From Candidatus Gastranaerophilales bacterium (lineage in GTDB: Bacteria > Cyanobacteriota > Vampirovibrionia > Gastranaerophilales > UBA9971): DNA of 47,150 nt. Location: NCBI GenBank assembly GCA_028278605.1, contig JANQEB010000025.1, forward strand, positions 1 to 47,150, written 5' to 3'. A program made the position numbers and the translations under genes. The notes beneath the pieces were generated by a model, which was not told the DNA's origin, made no database searches, and saw only the letters and a list, made by a program, of their open reading frames with translations. This document shows positions 22,390 to 31,698 of this stretch, piece after piece; within the stretch, counting starts at the first letter, position 1, and every line of letters begins with the position of its first letter.

Positions 22390-24696
22390 ATGGCCAGTAA
22401 GACATTTAACCAAGAAGTGAAATATTCTGAGGCTCAGACAGAAACTACTGAGATTGTAAAGATGGATTATGACACTAAGGAGTATGATGGCAAGGAAGGC
22501 TTTGAGCTTAAGAAGATAGAGCCTACTGCAGATCTATTCAAAGAAACTACAAGGGCTAATTCTACCCTGTACGACGACTATAATTTTAGGCCATACAATC
22601 CTGATGAGCTATACCAGAAAACAGGCAATTATGACTACTTCGATGAGATGAAAGAAGATGATCAAATAGCAGCATCTTTACATCTTAAGAAGCTGATGAT
22701 TACAGACAGTGATTTTGAGATATTCTTTGAAGGCGACGATATACCCGAAGAGCAGCAAGAGGAAATCACCGACTTTATCATGAAGAATCTGAATAGCCTA
22801 GATAAGCCGTTTTCTAGTAAGCTGTATGACATATTGTCTGGTATAGAGTACGGATTTAGCCTGACAGAGCCAGTATTTGCAGTTAAGCCATTTGAGGGCA
22901 AGGACAAGATATGGCTAGATAAAATGAAGACTAGAGCACCTCATGGGTTTACACTTGTTCAGGAAGAGAATGGCGACCTAAAAGAGATTCTACAGGACCA
23001 GGGTGGCGAAGAGAAATCTATTAGGCCTGAAAAACTTATTCATTATATCAACCAGGGCGAATTTGATAATCCCTATGGTAAGAGTGAGCTCAATAAAGGT
23101 GTCTATACGTCATGGTGGTCAAAAGAGCAAATTGTTAAGTTTTGGAATATATTTTTAGAGAAATTCGGGTCACCTACCCCTATAGGTAAATACGGTGCGA
23201 ATTATGCAGGCAAGCAAGATAAGTTATTATCTGTTTTGAAGAACATACAGGCTACTTCTGCCATTGTTATTCCCGAAGGTGTGGATATCTCTGTACTAGA
23301 GAAACACGCAGATGGTGGTGGCGACCAATTCAAGCAAAGAATAGACCATGCTAATATGATGATAGCTAGAAAAATGCTACTGCCTGATCTAATGGGTATG
23401 AGTGGCGAGGCAACTAGCGGTGGTAGTTTTGCATTAGGTAAAGAACATTTCGGCATGTTTTGGTCTGTAGTAGAAAGTGTCCAGTCTGCATTAGAGATGC
23501 TCATAAATACTAAAATTGTGGATAATTTGGTAGCGTGGAATTACGGCGACTTTAGGGTTAAGTTCAAGTTTAAAAAAGCCGACGATGAGAAGAGGCAAAA
23601 AAATCTAGAGTTATTTTTACAGTTTATTAATACAGCGGGTATTATTTCTCCAGAGCATAGGAAGTGGTTTAATCAACAAATTGACGCGCCTATCGAAGAA
23701 ACTTTACCTGAAGAGGATCCGAATCAAGAAGAAGACCCAGAAAACCCAGATGACCCTAATGACCCAGACGAGGAATCAGAAGGCAAGCCAGACGGGGACG
23801 AGGAAGAAACGCCCGATAAAGAAGATGCTCCAGATGAAGAGGAAGACGAAAAAGAAGAGTTGACTCAAAAAAAAAAGGCAGAACTTTACGCCAAATTTGA
23901 CCCAAATAAAATAAAGAGTGATTTCGATAATCTAGAACGCAGTCTTACAAGTAAGCTCAGAACAGCCACCCAGAGGCAAGTTAGAGATATTCTAGAGCAA
24001 GTCGATACTATAGAGTTTATTGATCAGATAGACGATATTGATGTATCTATTGATGAGACTGCCGATTTAATAGGTACCCATGTGGAGAGGTCTTTTGAAA
24101 AAGGTACGGTGTCTGTCACTAAGCAACAAAACTTTACTCTATCTGATGAAGAAATAAAGGCATGGTTTGATAACTATAATTTTGATTTAGCTACCGAAGA
24201 GGCTAACTATTTACTTCGAGTATCTAAGCCAATTGTAGCGGATGGATTAAGGAATGGTGACAGTAATATTAAAATTAAAAGGATGATTAGAGACACATTA
24301 GCTAAAGGCAATGTTTTAAATAACAGGATAAATACTCTTGTTAGGACAGCCACCTCTACGGCATATAATGAGGCCCGAATTAGGCAGTTTGAAGAAATAG
24401 AGGACGAAATCATAGCTTATGAATTTGACGCTATTCTTGATCATAGAACTAGCCCAATTTGCAATCATTTTGACGGTATGCAATTCAAGGTTGGAGATGG
24501 CAGGACGGTTAACCCGCCTCTTCATTTTAATTGCAGGTCTGTTTTAAGAGCTCTGACTAGGGGTGATGAGGCAGAGAGAAAAGACAGACTTGATAAAGTG
24601 CCTAATAGCGTCCCTGTGCAAAAAGCAGATGGCAGGATAGTCAACAAGCCACTTGAGAGGCAGGGCAATTTTTTTGTTGTCAAGACGAAAAAGTAA
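22390..24696 (+). CDS. Portal protein (Mu gp29/DUF935-like) fused to a Mu F / SPP1 gp7-like head morphogenesis domain
   Basis: GAGGTGA RBS. 768 aa. Acidic linker EEDPNQEEDPENPDDPNDPDEE. C-terminal DHRTSPICNHFDG...PPLHFNCRSVL signature. Confidence 0.8.
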   Translation: MASKTFNQEVKYSEAQTETTEIVKMDYDTKEYDGKEGFELKKIEPTADLFKETTRANSTLYDDYNFRPYNPDELYQKTGNYDYFDEMKEDDQIAASLHLKKLMITDSDFEIFFEGDDIPEEQQEEITDFIMKNLNSLDKPFSSKLYDILSGIEYGFSLTEPVFAVKPFEGKDKIWLDKMKTRAPHGFTLVQEENGDLKEILQDQGGEEKSIRPEKLIHYINQGEFDNPYGKSELNKGVYTSWWSKEQIVKFWNIFLEKFGSPTPIGKYGANYAGKQDKLLSVLKNIQATSAIVIPEGVDISVLEKHADGGGDQFKQRIDHANMMIARKMLLPDLMGMSGEATSGGSFALGKEHFGMFWSVVESVQSALEMLINTKIVDNLVAWNYGDFRVKFKFKKADDEKRQKNLELFLQFINTAGIISPEHRKWFNQQIDAPIEETLPEEDPNQEEDPENPDDPNDPDEESEGKPDGDEEETPDKEDAPDEEEDEKEELTQKKKAELYAKFDPNKIKSDFDNLERSLTSKLRTATQRQVRDILEQVDTIEFIDQIDDIDVSIDETADLIGTHVERSFEKGTVSVTKQQNFTLSDEEIKAWFDNYNFDLATEEANYLLRVSKPIVADGLRNGDSNIKIKRMIRDTLAKGNVLNNRINTLVRTATSTAYNEARIRQFEEIEDEIIAYEFDAILDHRTSPICNHFDGMQFKVGDGRTVNPPLHFNCRSVLRALTRGDEAERKDRLDKVPNSVPVQKADGRIVNKPLERQGNFFVVKTKK

Positions 24697-24731
24697 TCTT
24701 ATATCATCCCATCTAGTGACTAAGTAATTCC

Positions 24732-24766
24732 ACCCCGATTTGCGTTTGTAGGTCGGGGTTTTTTTG
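24732..24766 (+). terminator. Rho-independent terminator after the portal gene
   Basis: ACCCCGA-(14 nt)-TCGGGGT stem followed by T7. Confidence 0.7.
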
Positions 24767-24777
24767 AGGGGGGATGC

Positions 24778-26145
24778 ATGGCAAACGCAACTAAAACATA
24801 TCTAGGTTCTTCGGACACAAGTACCAATTATTCCTTCAGTTCAGCCGATATAGATTTCAACAGCGGCGATCCTACGTTAAAGTTTATTGCTCCCACTGCA
24901 TTGACTTTCTTTTCTAATTACAATAATGGTATCGACGCAGCCTATGCGCCAGGAGGTGCAACAGGTACAGCAAATACGACAACAGTGGACACAACTAATG
25001 GTACACTAGATTTGACAGGTAGTGATTTAAAGTTTGTTAGCTATGCTACAGAAGGAAATGCGCAAGGAGTTGCGAGGGGTGCTATTAGATTTAAGATAAC
25101 TCCTGATTACAGCGGGACTCCTGCTGCCACTAAAGCCTTTTTCTCAATATATGGGGATAATGATTCATATAACCTCATAAGGATGTATCACAACAATTCA
25201 GGTCAGATTGGCATAGTGATGAGGGATTCTTCAGGAACCAATATTAGAGCCGGTAATTTTGGGCCATGGTCGCCGGCTAGTGGGACCTCGTATGAGTGGG
25301 AATTGAATTGGAATGTGAATACAGGTACAGCAGAAATAAGGGCTTTTCAGAATGGTACACAGTTTTTTAATACGTTAAATACTTCTTCTGCATTAAGGAC
25401 GGATTCAGTAACAACCTTTAGAGTGGGTACTGATAACCTGGGCACAGTCCCAGACTTTTTTATTGATGAGTTCGCTTATTTCACAGAGGAGCAGCACACA
25501 GTAGACTATAGTATAACCACATTAAAATTATACACAACGAGTGTGACAACAATTATTCCAGTTACATCCTTACTCAATGTTAGCGAGGTGTCAGATGCGT
25601 CTTTTACAGCCACGGTCCCAACCGGTTCTAGTTTGCAATATACAGTCCAGTTAGACGGTAATGAAAAATGGTGGAATGGTAGTTCCTGGTCATGTAGTGA
25701 TACGACTACTGCAAGAAATAATTATGACGAAACTATAACTACGGCAAACTGGCAATCATTGATTAGCGCGTCTAGATCTACGGTCAACTTCAAGTTTTAC
25801 TTTGGTTCATCAAGTGGGGCGTTCAAGCCTATATTGAACGACTTTTCAGTAGTTTACGATTCTATTGATATGGCATCAGTTACAGGGGTGTTCTTAAATC
25901 CAGATAATACAATTCCCGCATCAGCGACAGTGGCAGCGTGGCCCAAAGATTTTACAAACATATCGTCTGAGGGCATCCAGGTGAATACTTTGCACACGGT
26001 CACTTCAAGTGTAGATGCTTCAACGGGGGCATGGTCTATGGACTTATTCAGTGGGGTCACGTATCAATTCAAGTTTCTGGTTTCCTCAGGTACATCAGGA
26101 TTAGTCGACAAAACCATAAATACCACAGGGTCAGTCGTATTCTAG
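24778..26145 (+). CDS. Ser/Thr-rich virion-associated protein with a LamG/concanavalin-like domain
   Basis: GAGGGGGG RBS. A jelly-roll-like segment (...FRVGTDNLGTVPDFFIDEFAYF), then beta-rich repeats. Confidence 0.5.
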   Translation: MANATKTYLGSSDTSTNYSFSSADIDFNSGDPTLKFIAPTALTFFSNYNNGIDAAYAPGGATGTANTTTVDTTNGTLDLTGSDLKFVSYATEGNAQGVARGAIRFKITPDYSGTPAATKAFFSIYGDNDSYNLIRMYHNNSGQIGIVMRDSSGTNIRAGNFGPWSPASGTSYEWELNWNVNTGTAEIRAFQNGTQFFNTLNTSSALRTDSVTTFRVGTDNLGTVPDFFIDEFAYFTEEQHTVDYSITTLKLYTTSVTTIIPVTSLLNVSEVSDASFTATVPTGSSLQYTVQLDGNEKWWNGSSWSCSDTTTARNNYDETITTANWQSLISASRSTVNFKFYFGSSSGAFKPILNDFSVVYDSIDMASVTGVFLNPDNTIPASATVAAWPKDFTNISSEGIQVNTLHTVTSSVDASTGAWSMDLFSGVTYQFKFLVSSGTSGLVDKTINTTGSVVF

Positions 26146-26247
26146 ATAAAAAATACTTGACGAAACACCAATTTTGTGTAAGTTAATTCTGTATTCTCGC
26201 TAGTTCTCTAGCAAGTCTTAGGCTCAATTGTCAGAGTCACAATTTAA

Positions 26248-27354
26248 GTGATAAAGCAAATGAGCACATCCGTATCAAATGCAGAAGAACTGATAAAGTT
26301 TGGCGACCAAGAAGGCCAAGGTTTTGAGTTAAATGATGTTACCATATTTGAGGCTGGCGTATGGCGTGGTCGAGAATGGACAAATGATCATCTAGACTCA
26401 ATGGTTCAGGCTTTTGAAAAAGAGAAGAAGAACCTAAAGCCTTTTTTAAAATTAGGCCATGATGATAATCAGAAGTTCTTACAAAGCGATGGTCTGCCAT
26501 CAGCAGGCTGGGTTAGCGAGCTAAAGCGAGTTGGCAATAAGCTTAAAGCCAGTTTTAAAAACGTTCCTGCTAAGATAAAGAAGTTAATCGATGCAGGTAG
26601 ATACGGTCGATTCAGTTCTGAGATATTTATCAATTATACAAATCCAAATGGTGAGAAGTTCCCTAGAGCACTGGCAGCAGTTGCACTGTTAGGAGCTGAT
26701 ACACCTGAGCTGGTCAGCATGGATGATCTAGTAGACCAGTTTTTCACAAGCCATAATTATGAAGAAATTTTTAAAATGGAGGGTAATATGCCAGATGATA
26801 ACACGGCAATTCTAGAAAAGTTTAAAAAGCTTGAAGATCAAGTGTCCAGTCTTTCGGCTGAGGTCAAAGAGAAGGACAGTCAGATTAAAAATCTAGAAAC
26901 CGAAAAAGAGAAATTCAGTGAAGAGAATGCTAAATTTAAGCAAGACCTTGAAGCTGAAAAATTCACACGCAGACAGAATGAGGTAACAAGTTTTGTCGAT
27001 GAGCAAATTAAATCAAAGAAGATTCTTCCAGTTCAGAGGGAAAAGTATATTGCCCTTTGTATGGACGATCAAACTGAGCACAAGTTTTCATACATAGAGG
27101 ACAATAAAGAGCAAACGGTCAAAGGTACAAACTTTAGTCTTGTTAAAGAGATTTTGGGGGGCATGCCGGAACTGTTTAGTTCTGAGTTTGACTCTAATCA
27201 TCAAGATGTCCCTGCCCCTGAGAAGAGGAAAGGACCTGTTGATCCTGAAGATGATAAGCTCAATGAAGCGGTCGAGAAGTACGCAAAAGAAAATAACATT
27301 AGTTATCGAGAAGCTTTTGATGTCGTTACGACCGATTGGAAGGGGGGTAAATAA
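26248..27354 (+). CDS. Prohead protease/scaffold (Mu gpI-like N-terminus, coiled-coil scaffold C-terminus)
   Basis: GVWRGREWT...LKLGHDD...SAGWVSELKRVGNKLKASF...YGRFSSEI resembles the Mu I family. ATG 26260 is an alternative start. Confidence 0.6.
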   Translation: MIKQMSTSVSNAEELIKFGDQEGQGFELNDVTIFEAGVWRGREWTNDHLDSMVQAFEKEKKNLKPFLKLGHDDNQKFLQSDGLPSAGWVSELKRVGNKLKASFKNVPAKIKKLIDAGRYGRFSSEIFINYTNPNGEKFPRALAAVALLGADTPELVSMDDLVDQFFTSHNYEEIFKMEGNMPDDNTAILEKFKKLEDQVSSLSAEVKEKDSQIKNLETEKEKFSEENAKFKQDLEAEKFTRRQNEVTSFVDEQIKSKKILPVQREKYIALCMDDQTEHKFSYIEDNKEQTVKGTNFSLVKEILGGMPELFSSEFDSNHQDVPAPEKRKGPVDPEDDKLNEAVEKYAKENNISYREAFDVVTTDWKGGK

Positions 27355-27833
27355 TGGCTATAAAAGGGATAGGTCTAGAGTACGATTTAACTCTAAAACC
27401 ACAGGGTAGACTGTTAACGAATACTTCGCAATATTTAGTAGTTGGCATGTCACCAACATCAACGAATGCTGATTTCTCTGCATATTTAACAAATGCAGGT
27501 TCGGCAACAGCGGACACTATAACAGCCAGAAACGCTATTGGCATCAACCAAACTGAACAATTGAGCGCAAGTTCACAAGACTGTGCTGTAAGGTTGCTTG
27601 GTGTATCTAAAGCTAAATGTGCAGCTTCGATTCCAGCGGGTGCGGTTGTCCAGGCTTATGAAGGTGCTTCAACCACTACATTTGCAGGTCATATCGTTAC
27701 TGCCACTGAGCACACGGCAACGGGTACAGCAGCGGTAAATGGCGTCATATTAGGTCGTGCGTTAGAGAAAGGCTCAACTAATACAGTTATTTCAGTCTTT
27801 CTTAATCCACATAGGCACGACGTGGTTAGTTAA
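27354..27833 (+). CDS. Possible head decoration or accessory capsid protein
   Basis: TAATG overlap. Ala/Thr/Ser-rich, 159 aa, immediately upstream of the capsid gene. Confidence 0.35.
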   Translation: MAIKGIGLEYDLTLKPQGRLLTNTSQYLVVGMSPTSTNADFSAYLTNAGSATADTITARNAIGINQTEQLSASSQDCAVRLLGVSKAKCAASIPAGAVVQAYEGASTTTFAGHIVTATEHTATGTAAVNGVILGRALEKGSTNTVISVFLNPHRHDVVS

Positions 27834-27844
27834 GGAGTTTAATT

Positions 27845-28771
27845 ATGGAATCATCAAGACGAATAAGCAAAGCTTTAACGAATGTTTCTGTAAGATATAA
27901 GAACGATAGCTTTATCGCAAACGATATCTTAAGAGACGTCATGGTCGTCAATAAGTCGGATCAATACTATGTCTATAGTAACGATTTTAGAATTGAAGAG
28001 ACTAGGCGAGCGAATAAAGCCCCATCAGGTCAAGTGACTTGGACTAACTCTCTAAGCTCTTACAGCTTAGATGTTCATTCATTGCATGACATTATTACAG
28101 AGCAAGATATTAGAAACACTGAAACGCCATTGCAGGCTGAGGCGGATTCTACTGAGTATATCACAGAGAAAATCCAGCTCAGAATGGAAAAAGACGCGGC
28201 AGACTTATTATTTACAACAACATCTTTCTCTAATAACACTACAATTGCAACTGCGACCACTTGGAAAAACACAACTACTAGCGCGCCAATTCAGAATGTA
28301 CTTTCTGCTACGGCTAAGATTAAAGCTAGTGGAGGTGGGACGCCAAATGAGGCAGCTACCAATTTAAATGTTATTCATGCATTGAAAGAAAATGCTAACA
28401 TTTACGAAAGAATCCAATATGTAGAGCGTGCAATTTTAACGCCTATGCTTTTGGCTTCTTTATTTGATTTAAGCAAGATACACGTAGGTGATGCTGTTTA
28501 CAACGCAAATAAAGAAGGTCAAGCGCAATCTCTTACTAACTTATGGGGAGACGATTTCCTTATGGGTAACTTTGCAAAGAGGCCGGGATTAAAGACACGT
28601 ACTACAGCAGCAATGTTGCGATGGTCATTGTACAAGAAGCCATGGCAAGTTAAGCGATGGAGAGATGAAGACAGAGATGGGACTAAAATTGAGGTCACAA
28701 CTGGCTATGTGCCCAAATTGATCGCAACTGCGTCCGGGTATCTGTTCAAAGCCGTTACCACATCGTCATAA
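27845..28771 (+). CDS. Major capsid protein
   Basis: AAGGAG RBS. 308 aa. Position after the protease/scaffold. N-terminal pattern typical of HK97-fold capsid families. Confidence 0.7.
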   Translation: MESSRRISKALTNVSVRYKNDSFIANDILRDVMVVNKSDQYYVYSNDFRIEETRRANKAPSGQVTWTNSLSSYSLDVHSLHDIITEQDIRNTETPLQAEADSTEYITEKIQLRMEKDAADLLFTTTSFSNNTTIATATTWKNTTTSAPIQNVLSATAKIKASGGGTPNEAATNLNVIHALKENANIYERIQYVERAILTPMLLASLFDLSKIHVGDAVYNANKEGQAQSLTNLWGDDFLMGNFAKRPGLKTRTTAAMLRWSLYKKPWQVKRWRDEDRDGTKIEVTTGYVPKLIATASGYLFKAVTTSS

Positions 28772-28780
28772 GGAGCATAT

Positions 28781-29137
28781 ATGTTTAATAAAAAAGATGA
28801 GTCGGCGGGTGAAAGCCCGTCAAAGGCAAAAGGCGAAGAAAAAGTATCTGTTGGCAGCAAAGAGATTGATAAAGCTTTAGAAAATGAATCTAAGCGTGTT
28901 GCCAAACAGTACAGAGAGGCTTTTAAGAAGATCTCTATCGGTAAAGAAAAGCTTAAATTAGGCAATAAGTCTAAGATCAAGGTTGTCGAAACTACTGAGT
29001 ATTACATTAAGTCAGACGCAAAAAGTGCAAAAGAAATGACTTTCGATGTAATTGAGGATGGCAAAAAGGTCAAGAAGAAGGCTAAAGTAAAATTACTCTC
29101 TAAAAAGAGTAGACTTAAGGGTTTTCTTAGGGGCTAA
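28781..29137 (+). CDS. Lysine-rich hypothetical head-module protein
   Basis: AAGGAG RBS. Open frame. Confidence 0.45.
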   Translation: MFNKKDESAGESPSKAKGEEKVSVGSKEIDKALENESKRVAKQYREAFKKISIGKEKLKLGNKSKIKVVETTEYYIKSDAKSAKEMTFDVIEDGKKVKKKAKVKLLSKKSRLKGFLRG

Positions 29138-29143
29138 AATGTT

Positions 29144-29620
29144 ATGCCTTATTCAGAAGCTACGGCAACTATTTCACTATTGCCCGGTATGCCTCAAACG
29201 AGCGCATCTGCCGGGTACAGTTTAAATGTCAGCTTACTGACTGATCATATAACGAGAGCTGATAATTTAATCAACGCAAAGATAGCTAGCAGATACGATA
29301 TCTCTAGCTTTTCTACTAATCCATCTTTACTGATTCTGCTTAGCCAGGATATTTCCAGTTACTATCTAATGCGGTCTCAGTATTCAAGCGATGATCAGAA
29401 TTTAAATGAATGGACTATGAAGTTCAAAGAGTCTATCGCTATACTAGATCAAATCCGTAATGGTGACATGGATTTAGTCGGGGAAGATTCAGCATTGATC
29501 TCTGAAGACAACAGAAAAGACACAATCACTAGCTCTACAGAAGATTTTGACCCAACGTTTAATGAAGGTCCAGGCCTCAATCAGCAAATCGATTCTACAA
29601 AGTTGGATGGTTTGCTATGA
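29144..29620 (+). CDS. Head-tail connector (Mu gp36/DUF1320-like)
   Basis: ITRADNLINAKIASRYDIS pattern and position. Confidence 0.45.
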   Translation: MPYSEATATISLLPGMPQTSASAGYSLNVSLLTDHITRADNLINAKIASRYDISSFSTNPSLLILLSQDISSYYLMRSQYSSDDQNLNEWTMKFKESIAILDQIRNGDMDLVGEDSALISEDNRKDTITSSTEDFDPTFNEGPGLNQQIDSTKLDGLL

Positions 29621-29997
29621 TAGAGGTTAGAGGAGTGAAAGAAGCTGTGGACCGGATAGAAAAAATATCCAGATTTGAAAATCTTAACATGGGCGTAGTA
29701 GCTGCAAAAATGCATAAAGATGTTATGGAGCACTTTAAGGCAGAGCAAGGCCCGGAAGGTAGCTGGGAACCAATAGAGAGAACTGGTAAAATTCTACAAG
29801 ACACAGGGCGCCTTCGGGCTTCTATCAAGAAAACAAGCAAAAAGCATGAAGCACAGGTCGCCACTAATGTAATATATGCAGCAACGCATAATTTTGGGGA
29901 TGACAAAAGAAACATAAAAAAAAGGGAGTTTATGTATTTATCAGACAAGTCTATAGAGGATATTATTAAATATTTAGAGGGTAGGTCAGATAAATGA
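29617..29997 (+). CDS. Virion morphogenesis / tail completion protein (Mu gpG-like)
   Basis: ATGA overlap. GSWEPIERTGKILQDTGRLRASI...NVIYAATHNFGD signature. Confidence 0.6.
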   Translation: MIEVRGVKEAVDRIEKISRFENLNMGVVAAKMHKDVMEHFKAEQGPEGSWEPIERTGKILQDTGRLRASIKKTSKKHEAQVATNVIYAATHNFGDDKRNIKKREFMYLSDKSIEDIIKYLEGRSDK

Positions 29998-30491
29998 AAA
30001 TTGATTCTTTAACATCTTCCCTTGTTTCATTGATGGAATCAAATAATACTATAACTTCAGGAGGTTTAAGTAATGGTCTATTAGATAATAAGAAAATAAC
30101 AACATTTCACAAAGGCATTGAGAACACGCATGTTGACTACCCCATCCCTAAGACTCTTTTCCCGTATGTATTTGTCGAGGCTGTTGAATCAGAGTACCAG
30201 TTTAATCAGCTTGGTGTCAATTCTAGCAGAGATATAGATATTCTATGGGATATAGTGGGCTGTACAATGTATGGTCAAGGTTCTGGGACTGGAAAGGTGG
30301 CAAGAGAAAATGCAGACACTCAAGCGTTAAAACTTGCGGGAAACATTGAAGACTTTGTGGCAAATAATATTAGACTTGGTGGTATAGTACAATGGTGCTT
30401 TGTCAGAAGGTCTGAATATAATGTCCGATCTAAGGACAATACGTATCAAACAACAACTAAGGTTAGAATTGAGGCTAGGAGAAAAACATGA
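29994..30491 (+). CDS. Neck/tail-terminator-position hypothetical protein
   Basis: ATGA overlap. The call rests on position only. Confidence 0.4.
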   Translation: MKIDSLTSSLVSLMESNNTITSGGLSNGLLDNKKITTFHKGIENTHVDYPIPKTLFPYVFVEAVESEYQFNQLGVNSSRDIDILWDIVGCTMYGQGSGTGKVARENADTQALKLAGNIEDFVANNIRLGGIVQWCFVRRSEYNVRSKDNTYQTTTKVRIEARRKT

Positions 30492-31498
30492 TTTTATCAG
30501 AAGAAGAAGTTTTACAACAATCGCGCACAGCTTTTAAACAGTGGGAAGATTTATGGCGTACAAATTGTACAAAAAATGCAGAGATTATTAAATCGGGAAG
30601 AGCTATACCGCTCAGGAGTATAGCTTATTCCGGAATGGGAAAAACTGTAGTCTGTACGGCTATGGGGGCATCATTTCAAGATGATATCCATATTATTAAA
30701 AAATATCGAGGTAAAAGAGATTTTGATATTATAGCAGTCGATAAGTCTGCTATGCATTTACAAGATCATGGCATTAAGCCTGATTATGTGATTATAGCAG
30801 ATGCGTCTATTGGGTATAAGTGGATAGACGGGTATGACTCTACAGGTGTCACACTTTTGGCTAATGTAAACTCAAATCCAGAATGGGCTCTGAACTGGAA
30901 GGGCCCAATTGCCTATTTTGTGAATAAAGACAATATAGAGTCTGAAAAGATTTTCATGGAAATAAGCGGATGCAGAGAGCAGATTGCAGCAGCTTCCAAT
31001 GTCGGTAACGCTGCGGTGGTTGTGGCTACGTCTGTATTTGACTATGAAACTGTATTGCTATCGGGTTATGATTTTTCTTGGAATAAAAGATATTACGCTT
31101 TTTCTAAGTTCGATGCTGCTGAGAAACGTTCGTATATGTCTCACATGATATCTATTAATCACATGGGCGAAGTAGTGAATACCTCAAATAATCTACACTT
31201 TAGTTGTAGGTGGCTATCTGATTTCCTGAAAGTGGCCAAGAAAAATGTATTTATAGGCAATAAAAAGACGACTCTAAATGCTCCTTTTTTAGATCTTGAG
31301 AGACAATTGGCTATTTCCAGATGTAGACCTTTATCTAAGAGAGAAGTCGAGCATATTATTGAAAAGACTAAATTGGTGGCGATAGCTCCAAATGTCGCGG
31401 AACTTCAAAAGTTGCATGACGAAAATCCAAAAACGATGCTCAATAAGTATGTCGTTGAATTAATACCGGAGGAAATATGCGAAAGATTAAATTTGTAG
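30488..31498 (+). CDS. Maf / DUF115 (MptE-like) family protein; putative nonulosonic/ulosonic-acid glycosyltransferase
   Basis: VVCTAMGASF...FDIIAVDKSAMHLQDHGIKPDYVIIADAS...NVGNAAVVVATSVFDYETVLLSGYDFSW matches the GPSL / D..L...gI.PD / G.Df layout of the motility-accessory-factor domain. Confidence 0.6.
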   Translation: MILSEEEVLQQSRTAFKQWEDLWRTNCTKNAEIIKSGRAIPLRSIAYSGMGKTVVCTAMGASFQDDIHIIKKYRGKRDFDIIAVDKSAMHLQDHGIKPDYVIIADASIGYKWIDGYDSTGVTLLANVNSNPEWALNWKGPIAYFVNKDNIESEKIFMEISGCREQIAAASNVGNAAVVVATSVFDYETVLLSGYDFSWNKRYYAFSKFDAAEKRSYMSHMISINHMGEVVNTSNNLHFSCRWLSDFLKVAKKNVFIGNKKTTLNAPFLDLERQLAISRCRPLSKREVEHIIEKTKLVAIAPNVAELQKLHDENPKTMLNKYVVELIPEEICERLNL

Positions 31499-31698
31499 AT
31501 AAGAGACCTTTAAGGTTTCCTAAGTTAACTTACTACCCTAATGGGTGTGTCCCGAAGGTGGGGGATATTTTAACAGTCACAGACAATGAAGCAAAGAAAT
31601 TATTAGCTAAAAAAAATGGTACTGTTCCTATGTTTGAAGAGGTGAAGGCCTCTAGAATTAGGAAAGAAGACCCAGTTCAGGAGGTAGACAATGGCTAA
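31477..31698 (+). CDS. Hypothetical protein
   Basis: GGAGGAAATATG start. Overlaps the 3' end of the Maf-like gene. Confidence 0.45.
   Translation: MRKIKFVDKRPLRFPKLTYYPNGCVPKVGDILTVTDNEAKKLLAKKNGTVPMFEEVKASRIRKEDPVQEVDNG

Noticed and set aside
23681-23863. 60-aa Lys-rich + strand ORF
   Set aside because: It is an alternative frame of the acidic GAA/GAT-rich linker of the portal fusion gene.
27140-28367. Nested + strand ORFs 27140..27409 and 28071..28367, and other short antisense ORFs inside structural genes
   Set aside because: They lie fully inside longer genes that have RBSs and recognisable functions. They lack start contexts of their own.
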